Source: Synechococcus sp. (GTDB taxonomy: Bacteria > Cyanobacteriota > Cyanobacteriia > PCC-6307 > Cyanobiaceae). Taken from it: a DNA stretch of 44,525 nt. The DNA lies in NCBI GenBank assembly GCA_035286005.1, contig JAYKIX010000178.1, positions 1-44,525 of the forward strand. The letters are read 5' to 3'. This document shows positions 28,903 to 39,170 of this stretch, in pieces. The notes below the pieces were generated by a model, which was not told the origin of the DNA, did not search any database, and saw only the letters and a list, made by a program, of their open reading frames with translations. The translations under genes and the position numbers were made by a program. Each line of letters begins with the position of its first letter. Position 1 is the first letter of the stretch.

Positions 28903-29573
28903 GTACGCCAGTCTTTCGCCTTAATTGCCACAGCCATTGGCAGAATTTGGTGTTCCTGTTGGTGGATGCGCTCTGAAAGGGATGCATGGCTATCGGTTGC
29001 AAGAACCGGAACTGCCGCCTGCAGGATCACGGGTCCCCTGTCCACGTCTTTGGTCACCACATGGACAGTGCAACCGCTAATGCAAACCCCAGCTTTGAGA
29101 GCTTGCCCCACGGCATCGAAGCCACGAAAGCTCGGGAGTAGGGAGGGATGGATATTGATCAGACGATCCTCGAAGGCATTAATCAAAACAGGAGTGACAA
29201 TGCGCATCCAACCCGCCATCACCACCGCTTCCACTCCGGCTTCACGGAAGGTGGACACCAAGGCCTGGTCGAGGGCTTCCCGGCTGCCGTAATCACGATG
29301 GTCAAGCACCAAACATCGGATCCCAAGACGTTCTGCACGTTGTTGGGCTCCGCATTGAGGGTTGTTGACAACTAATAATTCAACGTTGGCTTCCAACTGG
29401 TGCTGCGTGGCCTCGACGAGCGCCTCGAAATTGCTGCCATTTCCTGAGGCCATCACCCCCAGCCGCAGCGGGGGGTTCAGCCTGGGCCACGACACCGGGG
29501 CCGGTGCAACGAGTGCGTCAATCCCCTGACCACTTGTGGGATTGCTCTGGCTAGTGTTCGAAAAAGCGGGCAT
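28893..29573 (-). CDS. purN: Phosphoribosylglycinamide formyltransferase
   Basis: ASGNGSNFEA, AGWMRI, NIHPSLLP, GCTVH.V...D.GP. Confidence 0.95.
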   Translation of the reverse strand: MPAFSNTSQSNPTSGQGIDALVAPAPVSWPRLNPPLRLGVMASGNGSNFEALVEATQHQLEANVELLVVNNPQCGAQQRAERLGIRCLVLDHRDYGSREALDQALVSTFREAGVEAVVMAGWMRIVTPVLINAFEDRLINIHPSLLPSFRGFDAVGQALKAGVCISGCTVHVVTKDVDRGPVILQAAVPVLATDSHASLSERIHQQEHQILPMAVAIKAKDWRTQG

Positions 29574-29580
29574 TCAGACC

Positions 29581-29925
29581 ATGTCCCATCTCTCCATCCT
29601 GCCCACAGCCCTCTCCGATTTGGATCGGCTTAGCTCGGTTTTGAAGGCCGAGGGATACGTGATTGAGCGCAATGGCTTGCTCCCCGGGTTTGCCGGTGAC
29701 AGCCATCCCTTCGATCTGAAGGCCACAAGTCCTTGTGGACATCATTTCGCCTGGAGACGTTCGGCCAACTCGGCCAACCTGGAACTGCTGGCTGATGTGG
29801 AGCGGCAGGGTGCCGCAACAACCTATGGGTCACGCCTGCAAAGGATTGTGCGTTTGTATGCCTTGGCCAAGGCACTCGATGCCGTAGCCACAACCCCCTC
29901 GCTCTCCGGGGTCATCAGCGTTTGA
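29581..29925 (+). CDS. DUF1257 / Ycf35-like protein
   Basis: MSHLSILPT N-terminus and LELLAD...Y pattern resemble Ycf35 paralogs. Confidence 0.65.
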   Translation: MSHLSILPTALSDLDRLSSVLKAEGYVIERNGLLPGFAGDSHPFDLKATSPCGHHFAWRRSANSANLELLADVERQGAATTYGSRLQRIVRLYALAKALDAVATTPSLSGVISV

Positions 29926-29926
29926 C

Positions 29927-31636
29927 GTGAGCATCCGATCCAAGGTCTTTCTGCGACTGGATCTCCGTGATCCCGCTTCCCAGACCCTTGGGGTGGAGAT
30001 GGTCTGGACCCCTGAGACACTCCACCAACGATGGTTGATGCCGGTTTGGACCCCAGGGTCTTACACCGTTCGAGATCCCTCTCAACATCTGCATAGTCTT
30101 TCACTGCAACAGGGCACAACTCGGCTCAATCCCAGACGTGTGTCACCGTCTCGATGGAGTATTGAACTGGCTTGTCTTGAGCCCCTAAGGCTCTGTTATC
30201 AGCTTGAGGCCCGTCAACTAACCGTTCGAACGAGCTATCTCGATCCCCATTTCGCGTCCCTATGCCTTTCTGCAGTGGCCATGCAGATCGAGGGGCAGCG
30301 TTGGCAACCCCACGCGCTTTCGCTCTTGCTTCCCAATGGATGGAATAGCTTCGTGCCCCTGCCGGTGGAAGACAGGTCTTTTCTTGCGCGGGACTTTGAT
30401 CAACTGGTGGACAGCCCGGTCCATGCAGGATCCTTCGAGGCAATCCCCTTTTCCGTCAATGGTTTCCAACACAGCCTTGTGGTGATTGGCAACCCACCAA
30501 TGGGTTGGCCTGAAAGCCTTGTTGCAGATGTGGAAGCGATTTGCAGCGCGGCATGTGCCTTGATGGGTAGCCCCCCGCCAGCCGGCGACTGTTATCAACT
30601 TGTGATTCAGTTACTGGATCACGGTTATGGAGGTCTCGAACATGACCATGGAGCTGTTTTGCAATATTCCTGGTCAGCATTGGCCAAGCCAGATGGGTAC
30701 CACCAGCTGCTCCAGCTTGTAGGTCATGAGTATCTGCACCAATGGAATGTGCGCAGGCTCCGCCCGAGGGAATACATTCCCTATGACCACTCCGCTCCGG
30801 TAATCAGTGATGGCCTGTGGTTTGCGGAGGGCATCACCAGCTATTTCGACCTTGCGCTTCCGCTGTTGGCAGGTCGTTCTGACCGCCACACCTTGTTGAA
30901 AGACCTCGGCAAAGACCTGTCCCACGTGCTTTTGCACCCTGGCCGCAAGATTCAGACCTTGGCTGATAGTTCACGCGAGGCATGGGTACGGCTTTATAAA
31001 GCCACCCCTGCTGGATCAGACACGCAGATCAGTTATTACAAACTAGGTACCGCTGTGGCCTTTTGCCTCGATGTGCGTCTTCGAGCAGCGGGCGCGTCCC
31101 TGGCCCAGGTACTGAGAGATCTCTGGATCAGTTTTGGGCAGAGTGGTCGCGGATACAGCCGATCTGACATCCAATCGACTCTCGCGTTCTACAGCCCTTC
31201 CTTGGCAGATCATTTGCCGATTTGGCTCGATGAACACGACCAACTTCCGATCGAGAATTGTTTGGATCAACTGGGATTGTTATGCGTAAGTTCGTTCGGT
31301 GATACGGGTTGGAGCGGCTTGTCCCTTGAGGACGCGCCGGGTCGTGGTGTTGCCGTGAAACGGGTTCGCCATGGCGGTCCCGGCCACGCAGCTGGTCTGG
31401 TTCCAGGTGACGAAATCGTTGCAGTCAAGGGTCATCGCCTCTATCGATTGGAGTTATGGCCTGTGCTTTTGAAAGGAAGCGAACGGGTCAAGATCGCCTT
31501 TGCCCGTCGAGGCCAGATGGAAGAAACTCAGTTGGATCTTGATCCTCCAGCGCAGGAATCGTTGTCATTGGAATGGAACCCTCAGGCCACACCTTCAATG
31601 CGCCAGCTTCGAGATCGATGGTTCGAGATTCGCTGA
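29927..31636 (+). CDS. M61 family (glycyl aminopeptidase-like) metallopeptidase with PDZ domain
   Basis: PVWTPGSY, GGLEH, HEYLHQWN, WFAEGITSY, C-terminal PDZ (AGLVPGDEIVAV). Confidence 0.92.
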   Translation: MSIRSKVFLRLDLRDPASQTLGVEMVWTPETLHQRWLMPVWTPGSYTVRDPSQHLHSLSLQQGTTRLNPRRVSPSRWSIELACLEPLRLCYQLEARQLTVRTSYLDPHFASLCLSAVAMQIEGQRWQPHALSLLLPNGWNSFVPLPVEDRSFLARDFDQLVDSPVHAGSFEAIPFSVNGFQHSLVVIGNPPMGWPESLVADVEAICSAACALMGSPPPAGDCYQLVIQLLDHGYGGLEHDHGAVLQYSWSALAKPDGYHQLLQLVGHEYLHQWNVRRLRPREYIPYDHSAPVISDGLWFAEGITSYFDLALPLLAGRSDRHTLLKDLGKDLSHVLLHPGRKIQTLADSSREAWVRLYKATPAGSDTQISYYKLGTAVAFCLDVRLRAAGASLAQVLRDLWISFGQSGRGYSRSDIQSTLAFYSPSLADHLPIWLDEHDQLPIENCLDQLGLLCVSSFGDTGWSGLSLEDAPGRGVAVKRVRHGGPGHAAGLVPGDEIVAVKGHRLYRLELWPVLLKGSERVKIAFARRGQMEETQLDLDPPAQESLSLEWNPQATPSMRQLRDRWFEIR

Positions 31637-32535
31637 GGCTACGCCTGCATCAGTTGCGCGCTGCCCTCGAACGCAGGCCGCGCACTCTGTTGATTGGTTG
31701 CTGCGGTCTTGTATTGAGCGGTGGCAGCATGGTTTGGCTGGGGCTGTATCAGCAAATCGATGTCTCTCGGCAGCAGCCAACCTTGTTGGAATTACTTGAT
31801 AAGGTCACCAGCAGTACACCCAAGTTGGTGAAGGATCCAAGCATCAGTCAACCACCAAATCCTCCACGGGCTTTGAACTGGCAATCTCCACTCGCGAAGC
31901 AATGCAGTGGTCTCGATCAGACGGTTCGCAAGCGATTACAAGGAGCCCAAAAGTCTTTGAGACGGCGTCGACAAAGCATCGCGATTGACCCCAGCAATTT
32001 CGGCAAGCGCTACAGCATCGATCCGTGGAACAACCCAATCAATCCTCTCCCCAGAGTTGTTGTGCTTCACGAAACCTCCTACTCACTTCAATCCGCACTC
32101 AATACTTTCCAACAATTTCATGCCGATGAAAATGATCAGGTGAGTTATCACACGTTGATTGGTCGTTCTGGCTCGGTAATTGATGTGGTGGATCCTCTGT
32201 ACCGCGCCTATGGAGCAGGTTTCTCTGCGTTTCTTGGGGAGTGGGCTGTCACCAATCCAGAATTCATGGGATCAGTGAACAATTTCGCCCTTCATCTCAG
32301 CCTCGAGACACCGGAAGATGGCCACGGAGGAGGGCAGAGACACAGTGGCTACACCGCTGAGCAATACGACGCTTTGGCGCTGGTTCTGGATGAATGGATG
32401 GGCCGATTTGCGATCAAACCCGAAGCCATCACCACGCATCAGCACGTGGACCTTGGCGGAGAGCGCGGAGACCCTCGAAGTTTCGATTGGGCTGAGCTTC
32501 AGGTGCGCCTGGCTGCCTTGAATCGGCTTTGTTAG
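31618..32535 (+). CDS. N-acetylmuramoyl-L-alanine amidase (Amidase_2), membrane-anchored
   Basis: N-terminal TM segment; VVLHET, VSYHTLI, TTHQHVD..GDP. Confidence 0.85.
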   Translation: MVRDSLRLRLHQLRAALERRPRTLLIGCCGLVLSGGSMVWLGLYQQIDVSRQQPTLLELLDKVTSSTPKLVKDPSISQPPNPPRALNWQSPLAKQCSGLDQTVRKRLQGAQKSLRRRRQSIAIDPSNFGKRYSIDPWNNPINPLPRVVVLHETSYSLQSALNTFQQFHADENDQVSYHTLIGRSGSVIDVVDPLYRAYGAGFSAFLGEWAVTNPEFMGSVNNFALHLSLETPEDGHGGGQRHSGYTAEQYDALALVLDEWMGRFAIKPEAITTHQHVDLGGERGDPRSFDWAELQVRLAALNRLC

Positions 32536-32538
32536 TGC

Positions 32539-33363
32539 TCAGATCGCAGTGGATCGATTCGGCAATTGGGTGGAGTAGATCAACCCATGCAAAGCCGGGT
32601 CCTGCATATAACGGAGGATCCTGGCGGGATAATCGAGCTTTCCATTGTGAAGGTAGGCGAGGGTGGCAATCGCCTTGGAATCCGCATAAGACCCACTGGC
32701 GGAGAGCATGCGGCTTCCGGAGAGATTCAGGGCCCGTTTGAGTCGCTCTACTTTGCCGGCCAGCAAAGACACATTTTGTTCGGGATCCAGGAGAAGATCG
32801 CGGGCTTCGGCAATCTGCTGATCGCTGGGGTTGGCAGGGAGGCGACCCTGATGGATCAATTCACTGATCCCGAGTTGGGCGGGGCCGTGGGTTGAGACCA
32901 ATCCGGAGTGAGCCACAAAGGGTAGTCCCTCACCTGGCTTCGAATGCTGAATCTCGTCGTAGAGGATGCCGGTCAGCAACATCGGATTGATGTGGCGAGC
33001 AGCTGCTTCACGCATGATCACCGGTTTCAGTTCGGCGAGCCGCGTCATCGTCATCGCCCGTAAGGGTTCGAGCTGATCCACCCCCTTGGTAAACAATTGG
33101 GCGATGGGCGTCTGGGGGCCATGGACACCGAATCGCTGCTGCAAGACCTCCAGTTCTTCGGCACTGAAATCGGCTGGATTGGCCCGTTGCTGGGCGCTGA
33201 ATCCAGGCTGGGATTCATGAGCGATCTGGGCGTCGATGACCCGCCCAATCGGCACTGGGGTCATGGCAGACCTCAACACACTGAAGCCTGACAGTGCGAT
33301 GCAGCACGTCACCAGGATGCGGTGCGTGAATCTGTGGCGGATCAAGCGACCGGCTGTGGCCAT
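32539..33363 (-). CDS. Conserved picocyanobacterial exported hypothetical with lysozyme/SLT-like motifs
   Basis: Signal-like N-terminus; AAARHINPMLLTGILYDE, GPAQLG, LLDPEQNV, AYLHNG. Confidence 0.7.
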   Translation of the reverse strand: MATAGRLIRHRFTHRILVTCCIALSGFSVLRSAMTPVPIGRVIDAQIAHESQPGFSAQQRANPADFSAEELEVLQQRFGVHGPQTPIAQLFTKGVDQLEPLRAMTMTRLAELKPVIMREAAARHINPMLLTGILYDEIQHSKPGEGLPFVAHSGLVSTHGPAQLGISELIHQGRLPANPSDQQIAEARDLLLDPEQNVSLLAGKVERLKRALNLSGSRMLSASGSYADSKAIATLAYLHNGKLDYPARILRYMQDPALHGLIYSTQLPNRSTAI

Positions 33364-33451
33364 GGACAGACGCTAACCGTGCTGTCGCATTAATTGTGCA
33401 GCACGCGAAAACAAGGATAACTTCGTCGAGATTGCGGCCATGATCCCCCTG

Positions 33452-35050
33452 ATGAGCTTCCCGGATTTCTGCGCCAACGATGCTCAGGTTCAGTGGCAGC
33501 GCTTTTGTGAGCTCCTTTGGTTTAATGACGATCTGGGGATGTGGCTCGACATCAGCCGCATGCACGTCAACCATGCAGATCTTGAAGCGTTAACCCCTAG
33601 GTTTGATCAGGCGTTTCAGGCGATGGCTGCCCTAGAAGCCGGCGCAATCGCCAACCTGGATGAGCAACGTCAGGTCGGTCACTACTGGTTGAGGGAACCC
33701 CAGTTGGCCCCGGATCCCCAAGTTGCGACCCACATCACCCATGAGATTGACGCGATCGAAGCATTTGGTCGTGCGGTTTTGGATGGAGAGATCAAGGCTC
33801 CTAATGGCAAAGCCTTCACGGATGTTCTCTGGATCGGTATCGGTGGCAGTGGTCTCGGGCCCATTCTGATGATTCGAGCCCTGCAAGATGCCGCCTCAGG
33901 ACTCCCCTTCCATTTTTTCGACAACGTTGATCCCAATGGCATGAGCCGCGTGCTGGCAGGGATCGGTGATGCGTTACCAACCACTTTGGTGATTACCGTC
34001 AGCAAATCAGGAGGAACGCCTGAGCCACACTTGGGTATGGAACAGGCACGTCATCGTGTGGAGGCCAGTGGTGGCAGTTGGTCTGGTCAGGCTGTTGCGA
34101 TCACCATGGCCAACAGCAAACTTGATCAAAGGTCCTCGAAGGAGGGCTGGCTGAAGCGCTTCGACATGTTCGATTGGGTGGGTGGGCGTACCAGCATCAC
34201 CAGTGCTGTTGGGCTGGTTCCCGGTGCCCTGATCGGATCTGACATTCGTGCCTTCCTTGACGGAGCTGCTCAGATGGATGCCGCTACCCGGGTGGCTGAT
34301 CTCAGAAGCAATCCAGCCGCGTTGATGGCGGCGTCTTGGTTCGTGGCCGGAGAGGGTTGCGGCAAGCGCGACATGGTTCTTCTTCCTTACCGGGATCGAT
34401 TGGAAGTGTTCAGCCGCTACCTGCAGCAGCTGGTGATGGAATCGCTGGGCAAACGCCTCGATCGTGAGGGCAACGTGGTGCACCAAGGCATCGCTGTGTA
34501 TGGGAACAAGGGCTCCACCGACCAACACGCCTATGTTCAACAACTTCGCGACGGTGTCGACAATTTCTTCGTCACGTTCATCGAAGCCTTACAGGACAGT
34601 CCTGACATTCCTGAGATCAACGGAGAGCGCCCTGGTGACTTCCTGGATGGTTTCCTCCAAGGAACACGATCGGCATTGACCGAGGGCGGACGCCAGAGCA
34701 TCAGCATCAGCATGCGCCAATTTGATGCCAGACGCCTTGGTGCTCTGATTGCTCTTTTTGAGAGAGCCGTCGGTCTTTACGGAGAGCTGGTGAACGTGAA
34801 TGCCTATCACCAACCTGGTGTTGAAGCGGGCAAGAAGGCCGCTGCCGCAATCCTGGCGCTTCAGGGTCAGGTTGAACACGTGCTGGCCGACGGTCAGTCC
34901 CGTTCCGTCAGCGAGGTGCAGGCTGCCATTGGTGAAGGCACGATTGAATCGGTGTTCTGGATCCTTCGCCACCTCGCGACCAATGAGCGGGGCTACAAAG
35001 CACAGGGAAGCTGGGCTGCTCCCGCCACCCTGCGTTTCAGCAAAGCCTGA
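33452..35050 (+). CDS. pgi: Glucose-6-phosphate isomerase
   Basis: IGIGGSGLGP, SKSGGTPE, WVGGRTS, QLVMESLGK, QPGVEAGK; alternative start 33440. Confidence 0.96.
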   Translation: MSFPDFCANDAQVQWQRFCELLWFNDDLGMWLDISRMHVNHADLEALTPRFDQAFQAMAALEAGAIANLDEQRQVGHYWLREPQLAPDPQVATHITHEIDAIEAFGRAVLDGEIKAPNGKAFTDVLWIGIGGSGLGPILMIRALQDAASGLPFHFFDNVDPNGMSRVLAGIGDALPTTLVITVSKSGGTPEPHLGMEQARHRVEASGGSWSGQAVAITMANSKLDQRSSKEGWLKRFDMFDWVGGRTSITSAVGLVPGALIGSDIRAFLDGAAQMDAATRVADLRSNPAALMAASWFVAGEGCGKRDMVLLPYRDRLEVFSRYLQQLVMESLGKRLDREGNVVHQGIAVYGNKGSTDQHAYVQQLRDGVDNFFVTFIEALQDSPDIPEINGERPGDFLDGFLQGTRSALTEGGRQSISISMRQFDARRLGALIALFERAVGLYGELVNVNAYHQPGVEAGKKAAAAILALQGQVEHVLADGQSRSVSEVQAAIGEGTIESVFWILRHLATNERGYKAQGSWAAPATLRFSKA

Positions 35051-37699
35051 TCAAGGGACCAGATTCACAAGCTTTCCTGGAACCACAATCACCCGCTTGG
35101 GCGGCTGACCTTCCAGCCATTTAACTGCTACATCACTCGCGAGCGCCAACTGTTCCAAGGTTTCCTTGTCGGCGTTGGCAGGAGCTTGAAGGCTTCCCCG
35201 CACCTTCCCTTTCACTTGAATCACCAACTCGATAGTGTCTTTCTGCAAGGCCGAGGGATCGTGCTGAGGCCAGGATTGCTGGTGAACGCTGGCCTCGCCG
35301 TCGAGGCGAGACCAAAACTCCTCGGCTAAGTGGGGTGCGAATGGTGCCATCAACCGGATCAATACAGATAGGGCTTCCTGTCGCACAGCGGGATCAACAC
35401 CGGCGAGATGGCCACTCAAAGCATTCGAGAGTTTCATCAACTCCGAAATCGCGGTGTTGAACTGGAAATCACCGCTGAGGTCCTCTCCAATTTCTGCGAT
35501 CGCAGTGTGCACGGCCCGGCGCACATCTTGTTCAGCATTGGTCAGGGTTGCCGGCAGTTCCAGGCTCTGATCTTTTGCGAGAGAGACACGTTGGTCAGAC
35601 TCAGTGCAAGCGCTTTCCACAAGTCGCCACAGGCGTTGCAGAAAGCGGAATTGACCCTCCACATCTGCGTCATCCCATTCGAGATCTTTTTCCGGTGGTG
35701 TCTTGAAGAGGATGAACATCCGAGCGGTATCAGCTCCGTAGCGATCGATCACCGCGGCAGGATCGACGCCGTTGTACTTCGACTTCGACATTTTTTCGAA
35801 GAGCACTTCCAATTCACCTCCATCGTCGGGATCACGAGGATCGCCTTCGTCGGTGACTTGATTAGGTGCGACGTAGCGTCCAGTGCGGGGATTGCGGTAG
35901 GTGACTCCTTGCACCATTCCCTGCGTGAGCAGTCGTTCGAATGGCTCATCAATGGTCAGTAAGCCTCTGTCCCGCAGGGCTTTGGTGAAGAACCGTGCGT
36001 AGAGAAGATGAAGGATTGCGTGTTCAATGCCCCCGACGTATTGCTTCACCGGCAACCAGCGGCCAATCGCCTCAGGGGTAAACGGTGCCTCCCTGTTGCT
36101 GGGATCGGCAAAGCGAAGGAAATACCAGGAGGAACACATGAAGGTATCCATGGTGTCCGTTTCCCTTCGTGCTGGCTTGCCGCAGCAGGGACACGGTACG
36201 GAAGTCCATGACTCCAACTGCGCAAGCGGTGAACCGCCGCGGCCCGAGAGATCGACATCCTTGGGGAGTTGAACGGGAAGCTCGTGTCTGGGCACAGGGA
36301 CGGCACCGCAGCTCTCGCAATGAATGATGGGAATGGGACAGCCCCAATAGCGTTGCCTCGAGATCAACCAGTCGCGAAGTCGGAACTGAACTTTTGGAGT
36401 CGCCCAACCTTCTTTGGACCCTTGGCTGGTGATCGCTTCCTTGGCTTGATCGGAGGGCATCCCATCAAAGCGACCGGAATGGATCAGGACACCAGGCTCC
36501 GTCCATGCTTCCCCGTCAACGAGATGTTCATCGGCCCCAGGCACCTGAATGACGACTCGCACCGGGAGCTCATGGCGTCTCGCAAAGAGAAAATCCCGCT
36601 GGTCATGAGCAGGAACGCCCATGACCGCGCCTGTGCCGTAGTCCGCCAGCACATAGTCGGCAATCCAGACGGGCAATCGTTTCCCATTCACCGGGTTGAT
36701 CACCTCTGCACCAATAGGGATGCCTCGTTTGGGTTGATCGTCAGCAGTGCGTTCCTCATTACTGAGGGTGCTCATCAAATCCCTGAAGGCTGTCACCGAG
36801 CTGCGGTGGTCATCTGTGGTGATTGCGTCCACCAGAGGGTGTTCCGGAGCGAGCACCACATAACTGGCACCAAAGAGCGTGTCAGGCCGGGTGGTGAAGA
36901 CTGTGATGTCCTGATCTGGTTGCGTTGAAGCGCCGTCCACCTGGGCCAAGTGGAATCGGATTTCGGCACCCTTCGATCGACCGATCCAGTTGGCCTGCAT
37001 GGTCCGCACCCGTTCCGGCCAGCCCTTGAGCTGCTCAAGGTCATCAAGCAGGGCATCGGCATAGTCGGTGATCTTCAGGAACCACTGGCGGAGAAGCCGT
37101 TTCTCCACCACAGCCCCTGAGCGCCAGGATTTTCCATCAGCATCCACCTGTTCATTAGCCAGAACGGTCTGATCAATGGGGTCCCAATTGACCTGGGCTT
37201 CTTTCTGGTAGGCGAGACCGCCATCGTGCAGTTCCAGGAACAGCCACTGAGTCCAGCGGTAGTAGTCGTCGTGGCAGGTCGCCTGTTCTCGGGTCCAATC
37301 GATCGAGAGACCAAGCCTTGCCAGCTGATCCTTCATCTGGTCGATGTTGCGATCGGTCCAGACGGCTGGGTCGATGCCCCGTTCAATGGCCGCGTTTTCT
37401 GCCGGTAAACCGAAGGCATCCCATCCCATCGGATGCAGAACGGCATGACCGCGCATCCTCTGGACACGGGCAATCACATCAGTGATCACATAGTTGCGTA
37501 CATGCCCCATGTGCAGGCTTCCCGAGGGGTAGGGAAACATCGACAGGGCGTAAAAAGGGGTGCGCGCGTCACCATCGACTGGAGTTCGATCCAGATCGAT
37601 GTCTTTCCAATGGGCCTGCCAACGCTGCTCGGTCTCAAGAGGGTCATAGCGGCGATGGCCGCCGCTGGAATCAGGCTGGGAAGACAACGCAGCAGTCAC
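35051..37699 (-). CDS. leuS: Leucine--tRNA ligase
   Basis: MFPYPSG.LHMGH (HIGH-like), FTTRPDT editing domain, KMSKS, KLVNLV. Confidence 0.98.
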   Translation of the reverse strand: MTAALSSQPDSSGGHRRYDPLETEQRWQAHWKDIDLDRTPVDGDARTPFYALSMFPYPSGSLHMGHVRNYVITDVIARVQRMRGHAVLHPMGWDAFGLPAENAAIERGIDPAVWTDRNIDQMKDQLARLGLSIDWTREQATCHDDYYRWTQWLFLELHDGGLAYQKEAQVNWDPIDQTVLANEQVDADGKSWRSGAVVEKRLLRQWFLKITDYADALLDDLEQLKGWPERVRTMQANWIGRSKGAEIRFHLAQVDGASTQPDQDITVFTTRPDTLFGASYVVLAPEHPLVDAITTDDHRSSVTAFRDLMSTLSNEERTADDQPKRGIPIGAEVINPVNGKRLPVWIADYVLADYGTGAVMGVPAHDQRDFLFARRHELPVRVVIQVPGADEHLVDGEAWTEPGVLIHSGRFDGMPSDQAKEAITSQGSKEGWATPKVQFRLRDWLISRQRYWGCPIPIIHCESCGAVPVPRHELPVQLPKDVDLSGRGGSPLAQLESWTSVPCPCCGKPARRETDTMDTFMCSSWYFLRFADPSNREAPFTPEAIGRWLPVKQYVGGIEHAILHLLYARFFTKALRDRGLLTIDEPFERLLTQGMVQGVTYRNPRTGRYVAPNQVTDEGDPRDPDDGGELEVLFEKMSKSKYNGVDPAAVIDRYGADTARMFILFKTPPEKDLEWDDADVEGQFRFLQRLWRLVESACTESDQRVSLAKDQSLELPATLTNAEQDVRRAVHTAIAEIGEDLSGDFQFNTAISELMKLSNALSGHLAGVDPAVRQEALSVLIRLMAPFAPHLAEEFWSRLDGEASVHQQSWPQHDPSALQKDTIELVIQVKGKVRGSLQAPANADKETLEQLALASDVAVKWLEGQPPKRVIVVPGKLVNLVP

Positions 37700-37762
37700 G
37701 GCCAGAGATCACCTGGTTGCGATCGTGCCATAGCCCATTCACCATCAGTTGGATGGGGCTGT

Positions 37763-37984
37763 TCAGCCCAGAGGACGAATCAGCAAAACAGTCCTGCGGT
37801 TGATCAAGATCGGTTCAGAGCCATCCGCGCGACGCAAAGCGAGAAACTCCGGGTCTTGCCAGGCCAGCACCCCTTCATGGGAGGTGGCGTTGGGAAGTTC
37901 AATGCGGAGCAGCCGTCGGTCGCGAGTCCATGACTGCAGCTGCCGTACACCCGGCAGACTGGGGTCGAAACTGGTGTTATTCAT
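37763..37984 (-). CDS. hfq: Cyanobacterial Hfq homologue (Sm-like)
   Basis: FDPSLPGVRQLQSW...G.LAWQD..FLAL...ILINR...IRP; adjacent to dapF as in other cyanobacteria. Confidence 0.85.
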   Translation of the reverse strand: MNNTSFDPSLPGVRQLQSWTRDRRLLRIELPNATSHEGVLAWQDPEFLALRRADGSEPILINRRTVLLIRPLG

Positions 37985-38009
37985 CGCTTCGGCATAGGCA
38001 AGGGATTTC

Positions 38010-39170
38010 ATGCTGCAGTTCAGCAAATATCAGGGCCTCGGCAATGACTTCGTGTTGATCGAGGGCCGTGATGGCCAACTCGATGCAACCATCACATCTC
38101 CTGACCCTCAGTGGGTTCGTCGGATCTGCGACCGACGCTTTGGAATTGGCGCCGACGGCATCATTCTTGCGTTACCACCAGAGGGCTCCTCCGAGCTCCG
38201 CATGCGCATTTTTAATGCCGATGGCAGTGAGGCGGAAATGTGTGGCAATGGCATTCGTTGCCTGGCCCGCTTCCTGGCTGACAGTGACGGCGATGAGCCG
38301 GGTCGACGCTGGACCATTGAGACACCTGCAGGTGTGATTGTTCCCGAGTTGCAGGCGGATGGACAGATCCGCGTGGATATGGGTCCACCGATGCTCGAAC
38401 CGCAGATGGTTCCCACCACACTGCAGGTCGGAGACCAGGGTCTGCCTCAAGGTCAGCTGGAGGTGGCAGGTACAACCTTGGCCGTGGCATCCGTGGGAAT
38501 GGGCAATCCCCACGTCGTCGTGCCTGTGCCAGAGCTAGAGGCGATTCCTTTTGAGGACTGGGGTGCAGCTCTGGAGGTTCATCCCAGCTTTCCTGCCAAG
38601 ACCAACGTTCATTTCCTTGAGGTGAAGGGTCCCGGGTCTCTGCATATTCGTGTTTGGGAACGTGGTGCGGGGCCGACGCTGGCCTGCGGCACCGGCGCCT
38701 GCGCCACTCTTGTAGCGGCCTATCAGCTCGGTCTTTCAGGACCCTCCGCCGAAGTGATGCTGCCCGGTGGCCCGCTGCAAATCAGCTGGCCCGATCCCGG
38801 CGGGTCTGTCTTCATGACAGGTCCTGCTGAAGCTGTCTTCGATGGTGTTGTTGTGCCGGAGTTGGTGCCTGTTCCTGCAACCGCAAGTCAGGCACCCAAC
38901 CCATTGCCGGCGAATGGATCAGAAAGGCCATCGAACCTCGGGTCGGTCGCCAGCCAAGTGGTCACTGCAGCAACGACAGCTGGGACTTTCGATTGTTCCC
39001 GGGACTGCCGGGATGGCTGCCTTCAGCCGGACAATTGCCTGCGGGCCGAGGCTCAACAGCAGGTGCAATCGTTGCTGGAAACAATGTCACTCGATGCCAT
39101 GATTGATCTGGCGAGCGACTCGCTTGAACAGCGCACTCGATCCCGGCTCGATCAAAACCTCAGTGGCTGA
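38010..39170 (+). CDS. dapF: Diaminopimelate epimerase with C-terminal Cys-rich extension
   Basis: KYQGLGNDF, EMCGNGIRC, GNPH, ERGAGPTLACGTGAC; about 105 extra C-terminal residues. Confidence 0.95.
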   Translation: MLQFSKYQGLGNDFVLIEGRDGQLDATITSPDPQWVRRICDRRFGIGADGIILALPPEGSSELRMRIFNADGSEAEMCGNGIRCLARFLADSDGDEPGRRWTIETPAGVIVPELQADGQIRVDMGPPMLEPQMVPTTLQVGDQGLPQGQLEVAGTTLAVASVGMGNPHVVVPVPELEAIPFEDWGAALEVHPSFPAKTNVHFLEVKGPGSLHIRVWERGAGPTLACGTGACATLVAAYQLGLSGPSAEVMLPGGPLQISWPDPGGSVFMTGPAEAVFDGVVVPELVPVPATASQAPNPLPANGSERPSNLGSVASQVVTAATTAGTFDCSRDCRDGCLQPDNCLRAEAQQQVQSLLETMSLDAMIDLASDSLEQRTRSRLDQNLSG

